In this document: positions 48,560 to 62,059 of the stretch, piece by piece
Layout of the letters: each line of letters opens with the position of its first letter
Position numbering within the stretch: position 1 is the first letter of the stretch
Assembly (NCBI GenBank): GCA_964036045.1
Contig: OZ038379.1
Span: 66,526,001 to 66,590,000 of the forward strand
DNA: 64,000 nt
Direction of reading: 5' to 3'
From: Eutreptiella sp. 'Long Island Sound 2002'
Taxonomy: Eukaryota; Protista; Euglenida
The notes under the pieces: generated by a model
The model's database searches: none
Seen by the model: only the letters and a program-made list of their open reading frames with translations
Told to the model about the DNA's origin: nothing
Translations under genes and position numbers: made by a program

Positions 48560-49080
48560 TCCCTGCTTGTGTGGTTGAGGTTAGGGAGGGTATGCCTGTT
48601 TTTCTTTTTCAGGTTTGAACCATGACGATTGATCATATGCCGTTTCTTTATGGGTTGCCGGTGACAGCGTGTCACGGCACTGATCGAACGGTGGACCGTA
48701 GCTGCCCCCACATTTGCAAGTTTCTTTGTGCGTTTTTGAACCATGGTTAGGGAGGGTATGCCTGTTTTTGTTTTTCAGGTTTGAACGATGACGATTGATC
48801 GTATGCCGTTTCTTTATGGGTTGCCGCTGACAGCGTGTCATGGTGGATGTGGTGGATCATGGTGGGGTCATGGTGGACCGTAGTTGCCCCCACATTTGCA
48901 AGTTTCTTTGTCCGTTTTTGACACATGACAATTGATGATATGCCGTTTCTTTATGAGGTGCCTGTGACAGCGTGTCACGGCACTGATCGAACGGTGGACC
49001 GTAGTTGCCCGCACATTTGCAAGTTTCTTTTTCCGTTTTCCAACCATGACGATTGATCATATGCCGTTTCTTTATGAGAC
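48560..49080. repeat. ~120-170-bp tandem repeat, ~3.3 copies
   Basis: ATGAC(G/A)ATTGAT..TATGCCGTTTCTTTATG at ~48622, ~48789, ~48925 and ~49046. Confidence 0.8.
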
Positions 49081-49084
49081 CCCC

Positions 49085-52000
49085 ATATATATGACGGAAC
49101 CCCATCCGTCAAATATTTGGGGGCTGTAGACCCCCCAAATATTTGACGGAACCCCATACGTCAACTATTTTTGGGGTGTACAGCCCCCAAATATTTGACG
49201 GAACCCCATCCGTGAAATATTTTGGGGGTCTACACCCCCAAAATATTTCACGGATGTGGTTCCGTGAAATATTTTAGGGGTGTACAGCCCCCAAATATTT
49301 GACCGAACCCCATCCGTCAAATATTTTTGGGGTGTACAGCCCTCAAATATTTGACGGAACCCCATCCGTCAAATATTTGGGGGCTGTAGACCCCCCAAAT
49401 ATTTGACGGAACCCCATCCGTGAAATATTTTGGGGGTCTACACCCCCAAAACATTTCACGGATGTTCTTCCGTGAAATATTTGGGGGCCGCAGACCCCCC
49501 AAATATTTGACGGAACCCCTTCCGTGAAACATTTGGGGGCTGTAGACCCCCCAAATATTTGACGGAACCCCATCCGTCAAATATTTTGGGGGTCTACAGC
49601 CCTGAAATATTTGACGGAACCCCATCCGTCAAATATTTTGGGGGTCTACAGCCCCCAAATATTTGACGGAACCCCATCCGTCAAATATTTTGGGGGTGTA
49701 CAGCCTCCAAATATTTGACGGAACCCCATCCGTGAAAGATTTTGGGGGTCCACACCCCCAAAATATTTCACGGATGTGGTTCCGTGAAATATTTTTGCGG
49801 GTCTACAGCCCCCAAATACTTGACGGAACCCCATCCGTCAAATATTTTTGGGGTGTACACTGCCCAAATATTTGACGGAACCCCATCCGTGAAATGTTTG
49901 GGGGCTGTACACCCCCCAAATATTTGACGGAACCCCTTCCGTGAAATATTTGGGGGCTGTAGACCCCCCAAATATTTGGCGGAACCCCATCCGTCAAATA
50001 TTTGGGGGCTGTACACCCCCCAAATATTTGACGGAACCCCTTCCGTGAAATATTTGGGGGCTGTAGACCCCCCAAATATTTGGCGGAACCCCATCCGTCA
50101 AATATTTTGGGGGTGTACAGCCCCCCAATATTTGACGGAACCCCATCCGTCAAATATTTTGGGGGTCTACACCCCCCAAATATTTGACGGATCTCCTTCC
50201 GTGAAATATTTGGGGGCTGTAGACCCCCCAAATATTTGACGGAACCCCATCCGTGAAATATTTTGGGGGTCTACAGCCCCCAAATATTGGACGGAACCCC
50301 ATCCATCAAATTTTTTTGGGGTGTACAGCCCCCAAATATTTGACGGAACCCCATCCGTCAAATATTTGGGGGGTCTACACCCCCACAACATTTTACGGAT
50401 GTGGTTCCATGAAATATTTGGGGGCTGTAGACCCCCCAAATATTTGACGGAACCCCATCCGTCAAATATATTGGGGGTGTACAGCCTCCAAATATTTGAC
50501 GGAACCCCATCCGTCAAATATTTTGGGGGTCTACAGCCCCCAAATATTTGACGGAACCCCATCCGTCAAATATTTTGGGGGTGTACAGCCCCCAAATATC
50601 TGGCGGAACCCCATCCGTGAAATATTTTGGGGGTGTACAGCCCCCAAATATTTCACGGATGTGGTTCCGTGAAATATTTTGGGGGTTTACAGCCCCCAAA
50701 TGTTTGACGGAACCCCATCCGTCAAATATTTTGGGGGTGTAGACCCCCCAAATATTTGACGGAACCCCATCCGTCAAATATTTTTGGGGTGTACAGCCCC
50801 CAAATATTTGACGGAACCCCATCCGTCGTATATTTTGGGGGCCTACACCCCCAAAATGTTTCACGTATGTGGTTCCGTGAAATATTTTGGGGGTCTACAG
50901 CCCCCAAATATTTGACGGAACCCCTTCCGTGAAATATTTGGGGGCTGTAGACCCCCCAAATATTTGACGGAACCCCATCCGTCAAATATTTTGGGGGTCT
51001 ACAGCCCCCAAATATTTGACGGAACCCCATCCGTGAAATATTTTGGGGGTCTACAGCCCCCAAATATTGGACGGAACCCCATCCGTCAAATATTTTTGGG
51101 GTGTACAGCCCCCAAATATTTGACGGAACCCCATCCGTCAAATATTTTGGGGGTGTACAGCCCCCAAATATTTGACGGAACCCCATCCGTTAAATATTTT
51201 GGGGGTCTACACCCCCAAAATATTTCACGGATGTGGTTCCGTGAAATATTTTGGGGCTGTACAGCCCCCAAATATTTGACGGAACCCCATCCGTCAAATA
51301 TTTTGGGGGTGTACAGCCCCCAAATGTTTGACGGAACCCCATCCGTCAAATATTTCGGGGGGTGTAGACCCCCCAAATATTTGACGGAACCCCATCCGTC
51401 AAATATTTTGGGGGTGTACAGCCCCCAAATATTTCACGGAACCCCATCCGTGGAATATTTGGGGGGTCTACACCCCCAAAACATTTCACGGATATGGTTC
51501 CGTGAAATATTTGGGGGCTGCAGACCCCCCAAATACTTGACGGAACCCCATCCGTCAAATATATTGGGGGTGTACAGCCTCCAAATATTTGACGGAACCC
51601 CATCCGTCAAATATTTTGGGGGTGTACAGCCCCCAAATATTTGACGGAACCCCATCCGTGAAATATTTTGGGGGTGTACACCCCCAAAATATTTCACGGA
51701 TGCGGTTCCGTGAAATATTTTGGGGGTCTACAGCCCCCAAATATTTGACGGAACCCCATCCGTCAAATATTTCGGGGGTGTAGACCCCCCAAATATTTGA
51801 CGGAGCCCCATCCGTCAAATATTTTGGGGTAGTACAGCCTCCAAATATTTGACGGAACCCCATCCGTCAAATATTTTGGGGGTCTACACCCCCAAAATGT
51901 TTCACGGATGTGGTTCCGTGAAATATTTTGGGGGTCTACAGCCCCCAAATATTTGACGGAACCCCTTCCGTGAAATATTTTGGGGGTGTACAGCCCCCAA

Positions 52001-55000
52001 ACATTTGACGGAACCCCATCCGTGAAATATTTTGGGGGTCTACACCCCCAAAAAATTTCACGGATGTGGTTCCGTGAAATATTTTGGCGGGTGTACAGCC
52101 CCCAAATATTTGACGGAACCCCATCCGTCAAATATTTTGGGGGTGTACAGCCCCCAAACATTTGACTGAACCCCATCCGTGAAATATTTTGGGGGTCTAC
52201 ACCCCCAAAAAATTTCACGGATGTGGTTCCGTAAAATATTTTGGGGGTCTACAGCCCCCAAATATTTGTCGGAACCCCATCCGTCAAATATTTTGGGGGT
52301 GTAGACCCCCCAAATATTTGACGGAACCCCATCCGTCAAATTTTTTGGGGTCTACACCCCCAAAATATTTCACGGATGTGGTTCCGTGAAATATTTTGGG
52401 GGTCTACAGCCCCCAAACATTTGACGGAACCCCTTCCGTGAAATATTTGGGGGATGTAGACCCCCCAAATATTTGACGGAACCCCATCCGTCAAATATTT
52501 TGGGGGTGTACAGCCCCCAAATATTTGCTGGAACCCCATCCGTCAAATATTTTGGGGGTGTACAGCCCCCAAAATATTTGACGGAACCCCATCCGTGAAA
52601 TATTTTGGGGGTCTACACCCCCAAAATATTTCCGGATGTGGTTCCGTCAAATATTTTGGGGGTCTACAGCCCCCAAATATTTGACGGAACCCCATCCGTC
52701 AAATATTTTTGGGGTGTACAGCCCCCAAATATTTGACGCAACCCCATCCGTCAAATATTTTGGGGGTCTACACCCCCGAAATATTTCACGGATGTGGTTC
52801 CGTGAAATATTTGGGGGCTGTAGACCCCCCAAATATTTGACGGAACTCCTTCCGTGAAATATTTGGGGGCTGTAGACCCCCCAAATATTTGACGGAACCC
52901 CATCCGTCAAATATTTGGGGGCTGTAGACCCCCCAAATATTTGACGGAACCCCATCCGTCAAATATTTTGGGGGTGTACAGCCCCCAAATATTTGACGGA
53001 ACCCCATCCGTCAAATTTTTTGCGGGTGTACAGCCCCCAAATATTTGACGGAACCCCATCCGTGAAATATTTTGGGGGTGTACAGCCCCCAAATATTTCA
53101 CGGAACCCCATCCGTGAAATTTTTTGGGGGTCTACACCCCCAAAACATTTCACGGATATGGTTCCGTGAAATATTTCGGGGCTGTAGACCCCCCAAATAT
53201 TTGACGGAACCCCATCCGTCAAATATTTTGGGGGTCTACAGCCCCCAAATATTTGACGGAACCCCATCCGTCAAATATTTTGGGGGTGTACAGCCTCCAA
53301 ATATTTGACGGAACCCCATCCGTCAAATATTTTGGGGGTGTACAGCCCCGGAATATTTGACGGAACCCCATCCGTGAATTATTTTGGGGGTGTACACCCC
53401 CAAAATATTTCACGGATGTGGTTCCGTGAAATATTTTGGGGGTTTACACCCCCCAAATATTTGACGGAACCCCATCCGTCAAATATTTTATGGGTGTAGA
53501 CCCCCCAAATATTTGACGGAACCCCATCCGTCAAATATTTTTGGGGTGTACAGCCCCCAAATATTTGACGGAACCCCATCCGTCAAATATTTTGGGGGTC
53601 TACACCCCCAAAATATTTCACGGATGTGGTTCCGTGAAATATTTTGGGGGTCTACAGCCCCCAAATATTTGACAGAACCCCTTCCGTGAAATATTTGGGG
53701 GCTGTAGACCCCCCAAATATTTGACGGAACCCCATCAGTCAAATATTTTGGGGGTGTACAGCCCCCAAATATATGACGGAACCCCATCCGTCAAATATTT
53801 TGGGGGTGTACAGCCCCCAAATATTTGACGGAACCCCATCCGTCAAATATTTTGGGGGTCTACAGCCCCCAAATATTTGACGGAACCCCATCCGTCAAAT
53901 ATTTTGGGGGTGTACAGCCTCCAAATATTTGACGGAACCCCATCCGTCAAATATTTTGGGGGTGTACAGCACCGGAATATTTGACGGAACCCCATCCGTG
54001 AATTTTTTTGGGGGTGTACACCCCCAAAATATTTCACGGATGTGGTTCCGTGAAATATTTTGGGGGTGTACAGCCCCCAAATATTTGACGGAACCCCATC
54101 CGTCAAATATTTTGGGGGTGTACAGCCCCCAAAGATTTGACGGAACCCCATCCGTCAAATATTTTGGGGGTGTACAGCCCCCAAATATTTCACGGAACCC
54201 CATCCGTGAAATATTTGGGGGGTCTACACCCCCAAAACATTTCACGGATATGGTTCCGTGAAATATTTCGGGGCTGTAGACCCCCCAAATATTTGACGGA
54301 ACCCCATCCGTCAAATATTTTGGGGGTGTACAGCCTCCAAATATTTGACGGAACCCCATCCGTCAAATATTTTGGGGGTGTACAGCCCCGGAATATTTGA
54401 CGGAACCCCATCCGTGAATTATTTTGGGGGTGTACACCCCCAAAATATTTCACGGATGTGGTTCCGTGAAATATTTTGGGGGTTTACAGCCCCCAAATAT
54501 TTGACGGAACCCCATCCGTCAAATATTTTTGGGGTGTACAGCCCCCAAATATTTGACGGAACCCCATCCGTCAAATATTTTGGGGGTCTACACCCCCAGA
54601 ATATTTCACGGATGTGGTTCCGTGAAATATTTTGGGGGTCTACAGCCCCCAAATATTTGACCGAACCCCTTCCGTGAAATATTTGGGGGCTGTAGACCCC
54701 CCAAATACTTGACGGAACCCCATCCGTCAAATATTTTGGGGGTGTACAGCCCCCAAATATATGACGGAACCCCATCCGTCAAATATTTTGGGGGTGTACA
54801 GCCCCCAAATATTTGACGGAACCCCATCCGCCAAATATTTTGGGGGTCTACACCCCCAAAATCTTTCACGGATGTGGTTCCGTCAAAAATTTTGGGGGTC
54901 TACAGCCCCCAAATATTTGACGGAACCCCATCCGTCAAATATTTTTGGGGCCGTCCAGCACCCAAATATTTGATGGAACCCCATCCGTCAAACATTTTGG

Positions 55001-57793
55001 GGGTCTACACCCCCGAAATTTTTCACGGATGTGGTTCCGTGAAATATTCGGGGGCTGTAGACCCCCCAAATATTTGACGGAACCCCTTCCGTGAAATATT
55101 TGGGGGCTGTAGACCCCCCAAACATTTGACGGAACCCCATCCGTGAAATATTTTGGGGGTCTACAGCCCCCAAATATTTGACGGAACCCCATCCGTCAAA
55201 TATTTTGGGGGTCTACAGCCCCGAAATATTTCACGGAACCCCATCCGTGAAATATTTGGGGGGTCTACACCCCCAAAACATTTCACGGATATGGTTCGGT
55301 GAAATATTTGGGGGCTGTAGACCCCCCAAATATTTGACGGAACCCCATCCGTCAAATATTTTGGGGGTCTACAGCCCCCAAATATTTGACGGAACCCCAT
55401 CCGTCAAATATATTGGGGGTGTACAGCCTCCAAATATTTCACGGAACCCCATCCGTCAAATATTTTGGGGGTGTACAGCCCCCAAATATTTGACGGAACC
55501 CCATCCGTGAAATATTTTGGGGGTGTACAGCCTCCAAATATTTGACGGAACCCCATCCGTCAAATATTTTGGGCGTGTACAGCCCCCAAATATTTGCTGG
55601 AACCCCATCCGTCAAATATTTCAGGGGTGTAGACCCCCCAAATATTTGACGGAACCCCATCCGTCAAATATTTCGGGGCTGTAGACCCCCAAAATATTTC
55701 ACGGAACCACATCCGTGAAATATTTTGGGGGTGTAGACCCCCAAAATATTTCCGGATGTGGTTCCGTCAAATATTTTGGGGGTCTACAGCCCCCCAATAT
55801 TTGACGGAACCCCATCCGTCAAATATTTTGGGGGTGTACAGCCCCCAAATGTTTGACGGAACGCCATCCGTCAAATATTTGGGGGCTGTACACCCCCCAA
55901 ATATTTGACGGAACCCCTTTTGTGAAATATTTGGGGGCTGTAGACCCCCCAAATAGTTAACGGAACCCCATCCGTGAAATATTCGGGGGGTCTACAGCCC
56001 CCAAATATTTGACGGAACCCCATCCGTCAAATATTTTGGGCGTCTACAGCCCCCAAATATTTGACGGAACCCCATCCGTCAAATATTTTGGGGGTCTACA
56101 GCCCCCAAATATTTGACGGAACCCCATCCGTGAAATATTTTGGGGGTCTACACCCCCAAAATCTTTCACGGATGTGGTTCCGTCAAAAATTTTGGGGGTC
56201 TACAGCCCCCAAATATTTGACGGAACCCCATCCGTCAAATATTTTTGGGGCCGTCCAGCACCCAAATATTTGATGGAACCCCATCCGTCAAATATTTTGG
56301 GGGTCTACACCCCCGAAATTTTTCACGGATGTGGTTCCGTGAAATATTTGGGGGCTGTAGACCCCCCAAATATTTGACGGAACCCCTTCCGTGAAATATT
56401 TGGGGGCTATAGACCCCCCAAACATTTGACGGAACCCCATCCGTGAAATATTTTGGGGGTCTACAGCCCCCAAATATTTGACGGAACCCCATCCGTCAAA
56501 TATTTTGGGGGTCTACAGCCCCGAAATATTTCACGGAACCCCATCCGTGAAATATTTGGGGGGTCTACACCCCCAAAACATTTCACGGATATGGTTCGGT
56601 GAAATATTTGGGGGCTGTAGACCCCCCAAATATTTGACGGAACCCCATCCGTCAAATATTTTGGGGGTCTACAGCCCCCAAATATTTGACGGAACCCCAT
56701 CCGTCAAATATATTGGGGGTGTACAGCCTCCAAATATTTCACGGAACCCCATCCGTCAAATATTTTGGGGGTGTACAGCCCCCAAATATTTGACGGAACC
56801 CCATCCGTCAAATATTTTGGGGGTGTACAGCCTCCAAATATTTGACGGAACCCCATCCGTCAAATATTTTGGGCGTGTACAGCCCCCAAATATTTGCTGG
56901 AACCCCATCCGTCAAATATTTCAGGGGTGTAGACCCCCCAAATATTTGACGGAACCCCATCCGTCAAATATTTCGGGGCTGTAGACCCCCAAAATATTTC
57001 ACGGAACCACATCGGTGAAATATTTTGGGGGTGTAGACCCCCAAAATATTTCCGGATGTGGTTCCGTCAAATATTTTGGGGGTCTACAGCCCCCCAATAT
57101 TTGACGGAACCCCATCCGTCAAATATTTTGGGGGTGTACAGCCCCCAAATGTTTGACGGAACGCCATCCGTCAAATATTTGGGGGCTGTACACCCCCCAA
57201 ATATTTGACGGAACCCCTTTTGTGAAATATTTGGGGGCTGTAGACCCCCCAAATAGTTAACGGAACCCCATCCGTGAAATATTTGGGGGGTCTACAGCCC
57301 CCAAATATTTGACGGAACCCCATCCGTCAAATATTTTGGGCGTCTACAGCCCCCAAATATTTGACGGAACCCCATCCGTCAAATATTTTGGGGGTCTACA
57401 GCCCCCAAATATTTGACGGAACCCCATCCGTGAAATATTTTGGGGGTGTACAGCCCCCAAATGTTTGACGGAACGCCATCCGTCAAATATTTGGGGGCTG
57501 TACACCCCCCAAATATTTGACGGAACCCCTTTTGTGAAATATTTGGGGGCTGTACACCCCCAAAATATTTCACGGAACCACATCCGTGAAATATTTTGGG
57601 GGTGTATAGCCCTCAAATATTTGACGGAACCCCATCCGTCAAATATTTTGGGGGTCTACAGCCCCCAAATATTTGACGGAACCCCATCCGTCACATATTT
57701 TGGGGGTGTAGACCCCCCAAATATTTGACGCAACCCCATCTGTCAAATATTTTTGGGGTGTACAGCCCCCAAATATTTGACGGAACCCCATCC
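49085..57793. repeat. Young 52-bp satellite (~165 monomers) with two hairpins per monomer
   Basis: Consensus AAATATTTGACGGA-ACCCCA-TCCGTCAAATATTT-T-GGGGG-TGTACAG-CCCCC; near-identical 1300-bp (25-monomer) duplication at ~54760-56060 / ~56060-57360. Confidence 0.95.
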
Positions 57794-60500
57794 GGGGCCT
57801 ATGGGGACCTTTGGGGGCCTATGGGGGCCTATGGGGCCCTATGGGGGCCTATGGGGCTCTATGGGGACCTATGGGGGCCTATGGGGGCCTATGGTGGCCT
57901 ATGGGGGCCTATGGTGGCCTATGGGGACCTATGGGGACCTTTGGCGACCTTGGGGGACCTTTGGGGGCCTATGGGGACCTATAGGGGCCTATCGGGGTCT
58001 ATGGGGACCTATGGTGGCCTATGGGGGTCTATGGGGACCTATGGGGGCCTTTTGGCACCTTTGGGGACCTATGGGGACCTATGGGGGCCAAAGGGGGCCT
58101 ATGGGGGCCTATTGGGGTCTATGGGGACCTATGGGGGCCTATGGGGACCTTTGGGGGCCTATGGGGACCTTTGGGGGCCTATGGGGGCCAAGGGGCGCCT
58201 ATGGGGGCCTATGGGGACCTTTGCGGGCCTATGGGGACCTTTGGGGGCCTATGGGGGCCTATGGGGGCCTATGGGGCTCTATGGGGGCCTATGGGGACCT
58301 TTGGGGGCCTATGGGGGCCTATGGGGGCACGTGGGGACCTATGGGGGCCTATGGGGACCTATGGGGGCCTATGGGGACCTATGGGGGCCTATGGCGGCCT
58401 ATGGCGGCCTATGGTGGCCTATGGGGGCCAAGGGGGGCCTATGGGGGCCTATGGGGGCCAAGGGGGGCCTATAGGGGTCTATGGGGACCTTTGGGGGCCT
58501 ATGGGACCTTTGGGGGCCTATGGGGGCCTATGGGGACCTTTGGGGGCCTATGGGGGCCTATGGGGGCACGTGGGGACCTATGGGGGCCTATGGGGACCTA
58601 TGGGGGCCTATGGGGACCTTTGGGGGCCTATGGGGGCCTATGGGGGCCTATGGCGGCCTATGGTGGCCTATGGGGGCCAAGGGGGCCTATGGGGGCCTAT
58701 GGGGATCTATAGGGGTCTATGGGGACCTTTGGGGGCCTATGGGACCTTTGGGGGCCTATGGGGGCCTATGGGGGCCTATGGGGCTCTATGGGGACCTATG
58801 GGGGCCTATGCCGGCCTATGGGGACCTATAGGGGCCTATGGGGACCTTTGGGGGCCTATGGGGGCACGTGGGGACCTATGGGGACCTATGGGGACCTATG
58901 GGGGCCTATGGGGGCCAATGGGGGCCTATGGGGACCTTTGGGGGTCTATGGGGACCTATGGGGACCTATGGGGGCCTATGGCGGCCTATGGGGACCTATA
59001 GGGGCCTATGGGGACTTTTGGGGGTCTATGGGGACCTTTGGGGGCCTATGGGGACCTTTGGGGGCCTATGGGGACCTTTGGGGGCCTTTGGGGGCCTATG
59101 GGGACCTTTGGGGGCCTATGGGGACCTATGGGGACCTATGGGGGCCTATGGCGGCCTATGGGGACCTATAGGGGCCTATGGGGACCTTTGGGGGCCTATG
59201 GGGACCTTTGGGGGCCTATGGGGGCCGATGGGGGCCTATGGGGGCCTATGGGGACCATTGGGGACCTATGGGGGCCTATGGGGACCTATGGGGGCCTATG
59301 GGGACCCTTGGGGGCCTATGGGGACCTTTGGGGGCCTATGGGGGCCTATGGGGACCTTTGGGGGCCTATGGGGGCCTATGGGGGCCTATGGGGACCTATG
59401 GGGGCATATGGGGACCTATGGGGACCTGTGGGGGCTTGTGGGGACCTATGCGGGCCTATGGCGGCCTATGGGGGTCTATGCGGACCAATGGGGACCTATG
59501 GGGACCTATGGGGACCTATGGGGGCTTGTGGGGACCTTTGGGGGCCTATGGGGGCCATTGGGACCTATGGGGACCTATGGGGATGGGGGCCGATGGGGAC
59601 TCATCGGCATCTAGGGGGACCTATGGGGGCCTGTGGGGGCCTATGGGGGCCTATGGGGACCTTTGGGGGTCTATGGGGACCTATTGGGGCCTATGGGGGC
59701 CTATGGGCACCTTTTGGGGGCCTATTGGGGCCTCTGGGGGCCTATTGGGGCCTATGGGGGCCTGTGGGCGCCTATGGGGGCCTATGAGGGCCTATGGGGG
59801 CCTATTGGCACCTTTGGGGACCTATGGGCATCTTTGGGCACCTTTGGGGGTCTATGGGGACCTTTGGGGACCTATGGGGACCTTTGGGCACCTTTGGGGA
59901 CCTATGGGGACCTATCGGGACCTATGGGGGTCTATGGGGACCTATGGGGGCCTATGGGGGTCTACGGCGACCTTTGGGGACCTATGGGGACCTTTGGGCA
60001 CCTTTGGGGACCTATGGGCACCTATGGGGATGGGGGCCGATGGGGACTCATCGGCATCTAGGGGGACCTATGGGGGCCTATGGGGGCCTATGGGGGCCTA
60101 TGGGGGCCTATGGGGACCTTTGGGGGTCTATGGGGACCTGTTGGGGCCTATGGGGGCCTATGGGCACCTTCGGGGGTCTATGGGGGCCTATTGGGGCCTA
60201 TGGGGGCCTATGGGGACCTATGGGGACCTATGGGGGCTTGTGGAGGCCTATGGGGGCGTGTGGGGACCTTTGGGGACCTATGGGCACCTTTGGGGACTTA
60301 TGGGGACCTATGGGGGCCGATGGGGACTCATTGGCATCTAGGGGGACCTTTGGGGACCTATGGGCACCTCTGGGGACCCATGGGCACCTTTGGGGGCCTA
60401 TGGGGGCCTATGGGGCCCTATGGGGACCTATTGGCACCTTTGGGGACCTATGGGCACCTTTGGGGGCCCATGGGGGCCTATGGGGGCCTATGGGCACCTT
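57794..60500. repeat. 10-bp G-rich satellite (GGG(G/A)CCT(A/T)TG)n, ~270 copies
   Basis: Seen directly; abrupt junction with the 52-bp array at ~57793. Confidence 0.95.
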
Positions 60501-60823
60501 TTTGTTTGCCACTTTCCTTGCTCACACGTTTTCCCCATTTTCCCATTTTGGTGTTCAAAGTCTTTTTTACTTTTGTATTGCCATGTTTCTGATTGTCCAA
60601 GGTGGTTCCCCAATGATTTTTCAATTGTGTCCTCCCTTTTTGTTTTTTTCATTTGGGGGGGGTTGTTGATTTGGATTTAGGCATAGTTTCTCCCAATTTC
60701 CTCTGGGCATTAGACCCCTAGACCCACCTCCAGTAGATAAGAATATCAGACATCTTCTTGGACAGACCGCACACACAACATCCCTTATCAGACATCAGAC
60801 ATCAGACTTTATACACAATCCTG

Positions 60824-61060
60824 CTACACTCCTAAACGATTTAATGGTTGCAGTATACATGGGTCTATACCCCTATGGGATTTAAGGTGTCGACTGTACA
60901 TGGAACTACAATCCTAGACGAATCAGTGCTTGCGGTATACATTGGTCTACATCCCGTTAGGATTTAACGCGTGGGGTAAACAGGTGTCTACACCCTTTAA
61001 GAATTTGTTGCTCGGGGTATACAAGGGGGTTTCCACCCCTCAAAAAGGTAATACGTGATG
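60824..61060. repeat. Degenerate ~41-bp satellite (right flank of the hAT insertion)
   Basis: GGGTCTATACCCC and GGATTTAACGCGTGGGG motifs resume after the TSD. Confidence 0.75.
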
Positions 61061-61997
61061 TGTAGCCCCCTCATATAATTAGGGGCCGCGATGAATATTT
61101 GAGGCATGTAGGCCATTCCCTAATGTGCTTTTTTCCCTTTGATTTTCTTCTCTCAAGGGGGAAAGTGAATAACAGATCTTCCCCCTTTTTCCCCGCCATG
61201 ACCGGAGGAGTCTTGAATTTCCCCAAACCCTCCCCCCCTCCCGACCCCCATGCTTTTGTGCAATGCTGGATTGTTATTGACAATGATGTTCTCCGTGCAA
61301 TGTGATGTTCCCCATGCTCATGATGTGCTTGTCTTTTTCTTTCACTTTTCCTTTACTACGGGGTGAGGGAATATCGCACATTTTCCCACTTTCCTTGTTT
61401 TCCCATCCCATCCAACACTCCCAGGGCTAGAGGAGTCATGAATTTCTCCTGTGGGAGGCCACTGATTGTCCGAGGGGGGGTCCCAAAATTAACTTGTGGG
61501 CATTCCCCCTATTGGAAGGCCCCTACACCACATGAATAATTGTATGAGGTGGAAGGGGTGCCAACAATTGACGCGTGGGCATTTGCCCCCTTGAGGCGGC
61601 CACTACACCCCAATTGTCTGTGGTGTGTAGGGGGTTAAGATTCTATATCTCCTTTTTTTCCTAGTTTGCTACCTTTCCACTATCACCTATGATTTGCCAA
61701 GGTTTATCAGACATTTTCCATCACAACATGTAAGCGCCGGTGTGTAAACACAAGTTGCCACATTAGACATCAGGTATCACACTTTATACACATACCTGAT
61801 GGGGGCGGTGGCGTTGTGAATTAATGAACTCCTTTCTTTGTCCTCCGTGTAAACAGTGCACTGTCCACACATTGTCACCAGCAATCTAATACTTGCATTG
61901 TTGTGTCCTTGAATCGGCAATGTGCAAGCTCAACCACTCACCCCTACGTTCCCCATGAGTTGCTCAATTTGGACCTAGGAAAAGGAGACAGGCATAC

Positions 61998-62002
<5 letters not shown>

Positions 62003-62056
<54 letters not shown>
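62003..62056. repeat. (CT)n microsatellite
   Basis: Seen directly. Confidence 0.95.

Positions 62057-62059
<3 letters not shown>

Larger units (their letters stand above)
47878..60823. mobile_element. 12,946-bp non-autonomous hAT-type element filled with satellite arrays
   Basis: Perfect 14-bp TIR CAGGATTGTGTATA (47878-47891) / TATACACAATCCTG (60810-60823); perfect 8-bp TSD CTACACTC (47870-47877, 60824-60831); subterminal (ATCAGAC)x3 at both ends; removing it restores a 41-bp monomer. Confidence 0.9.

Noticed and set aside
49085-57793. CRISPR array (palindromic repeats at a regular period)
   Set aside because: The intervening sequences are not unique spacers but a handful of recurring 6-7-nt loop variants; there are no cas genes; the context is eukaryotic
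57794-60500. Telomeric repeat array
   Set aside because: The 10-bp unit is heterogeneous, internal and enclosed by the hAT TIR/TSD; it does not match TTAGGG-type repeats
49165-60680. Long repetitive ORFs (PPKYLTDG..., MGAYGGLWGP...) as structural proteins
   Set aside because: They occur in all frames and on both strands as by-products of 52-bp and 10-bp periodicity (neither divisible by 3)
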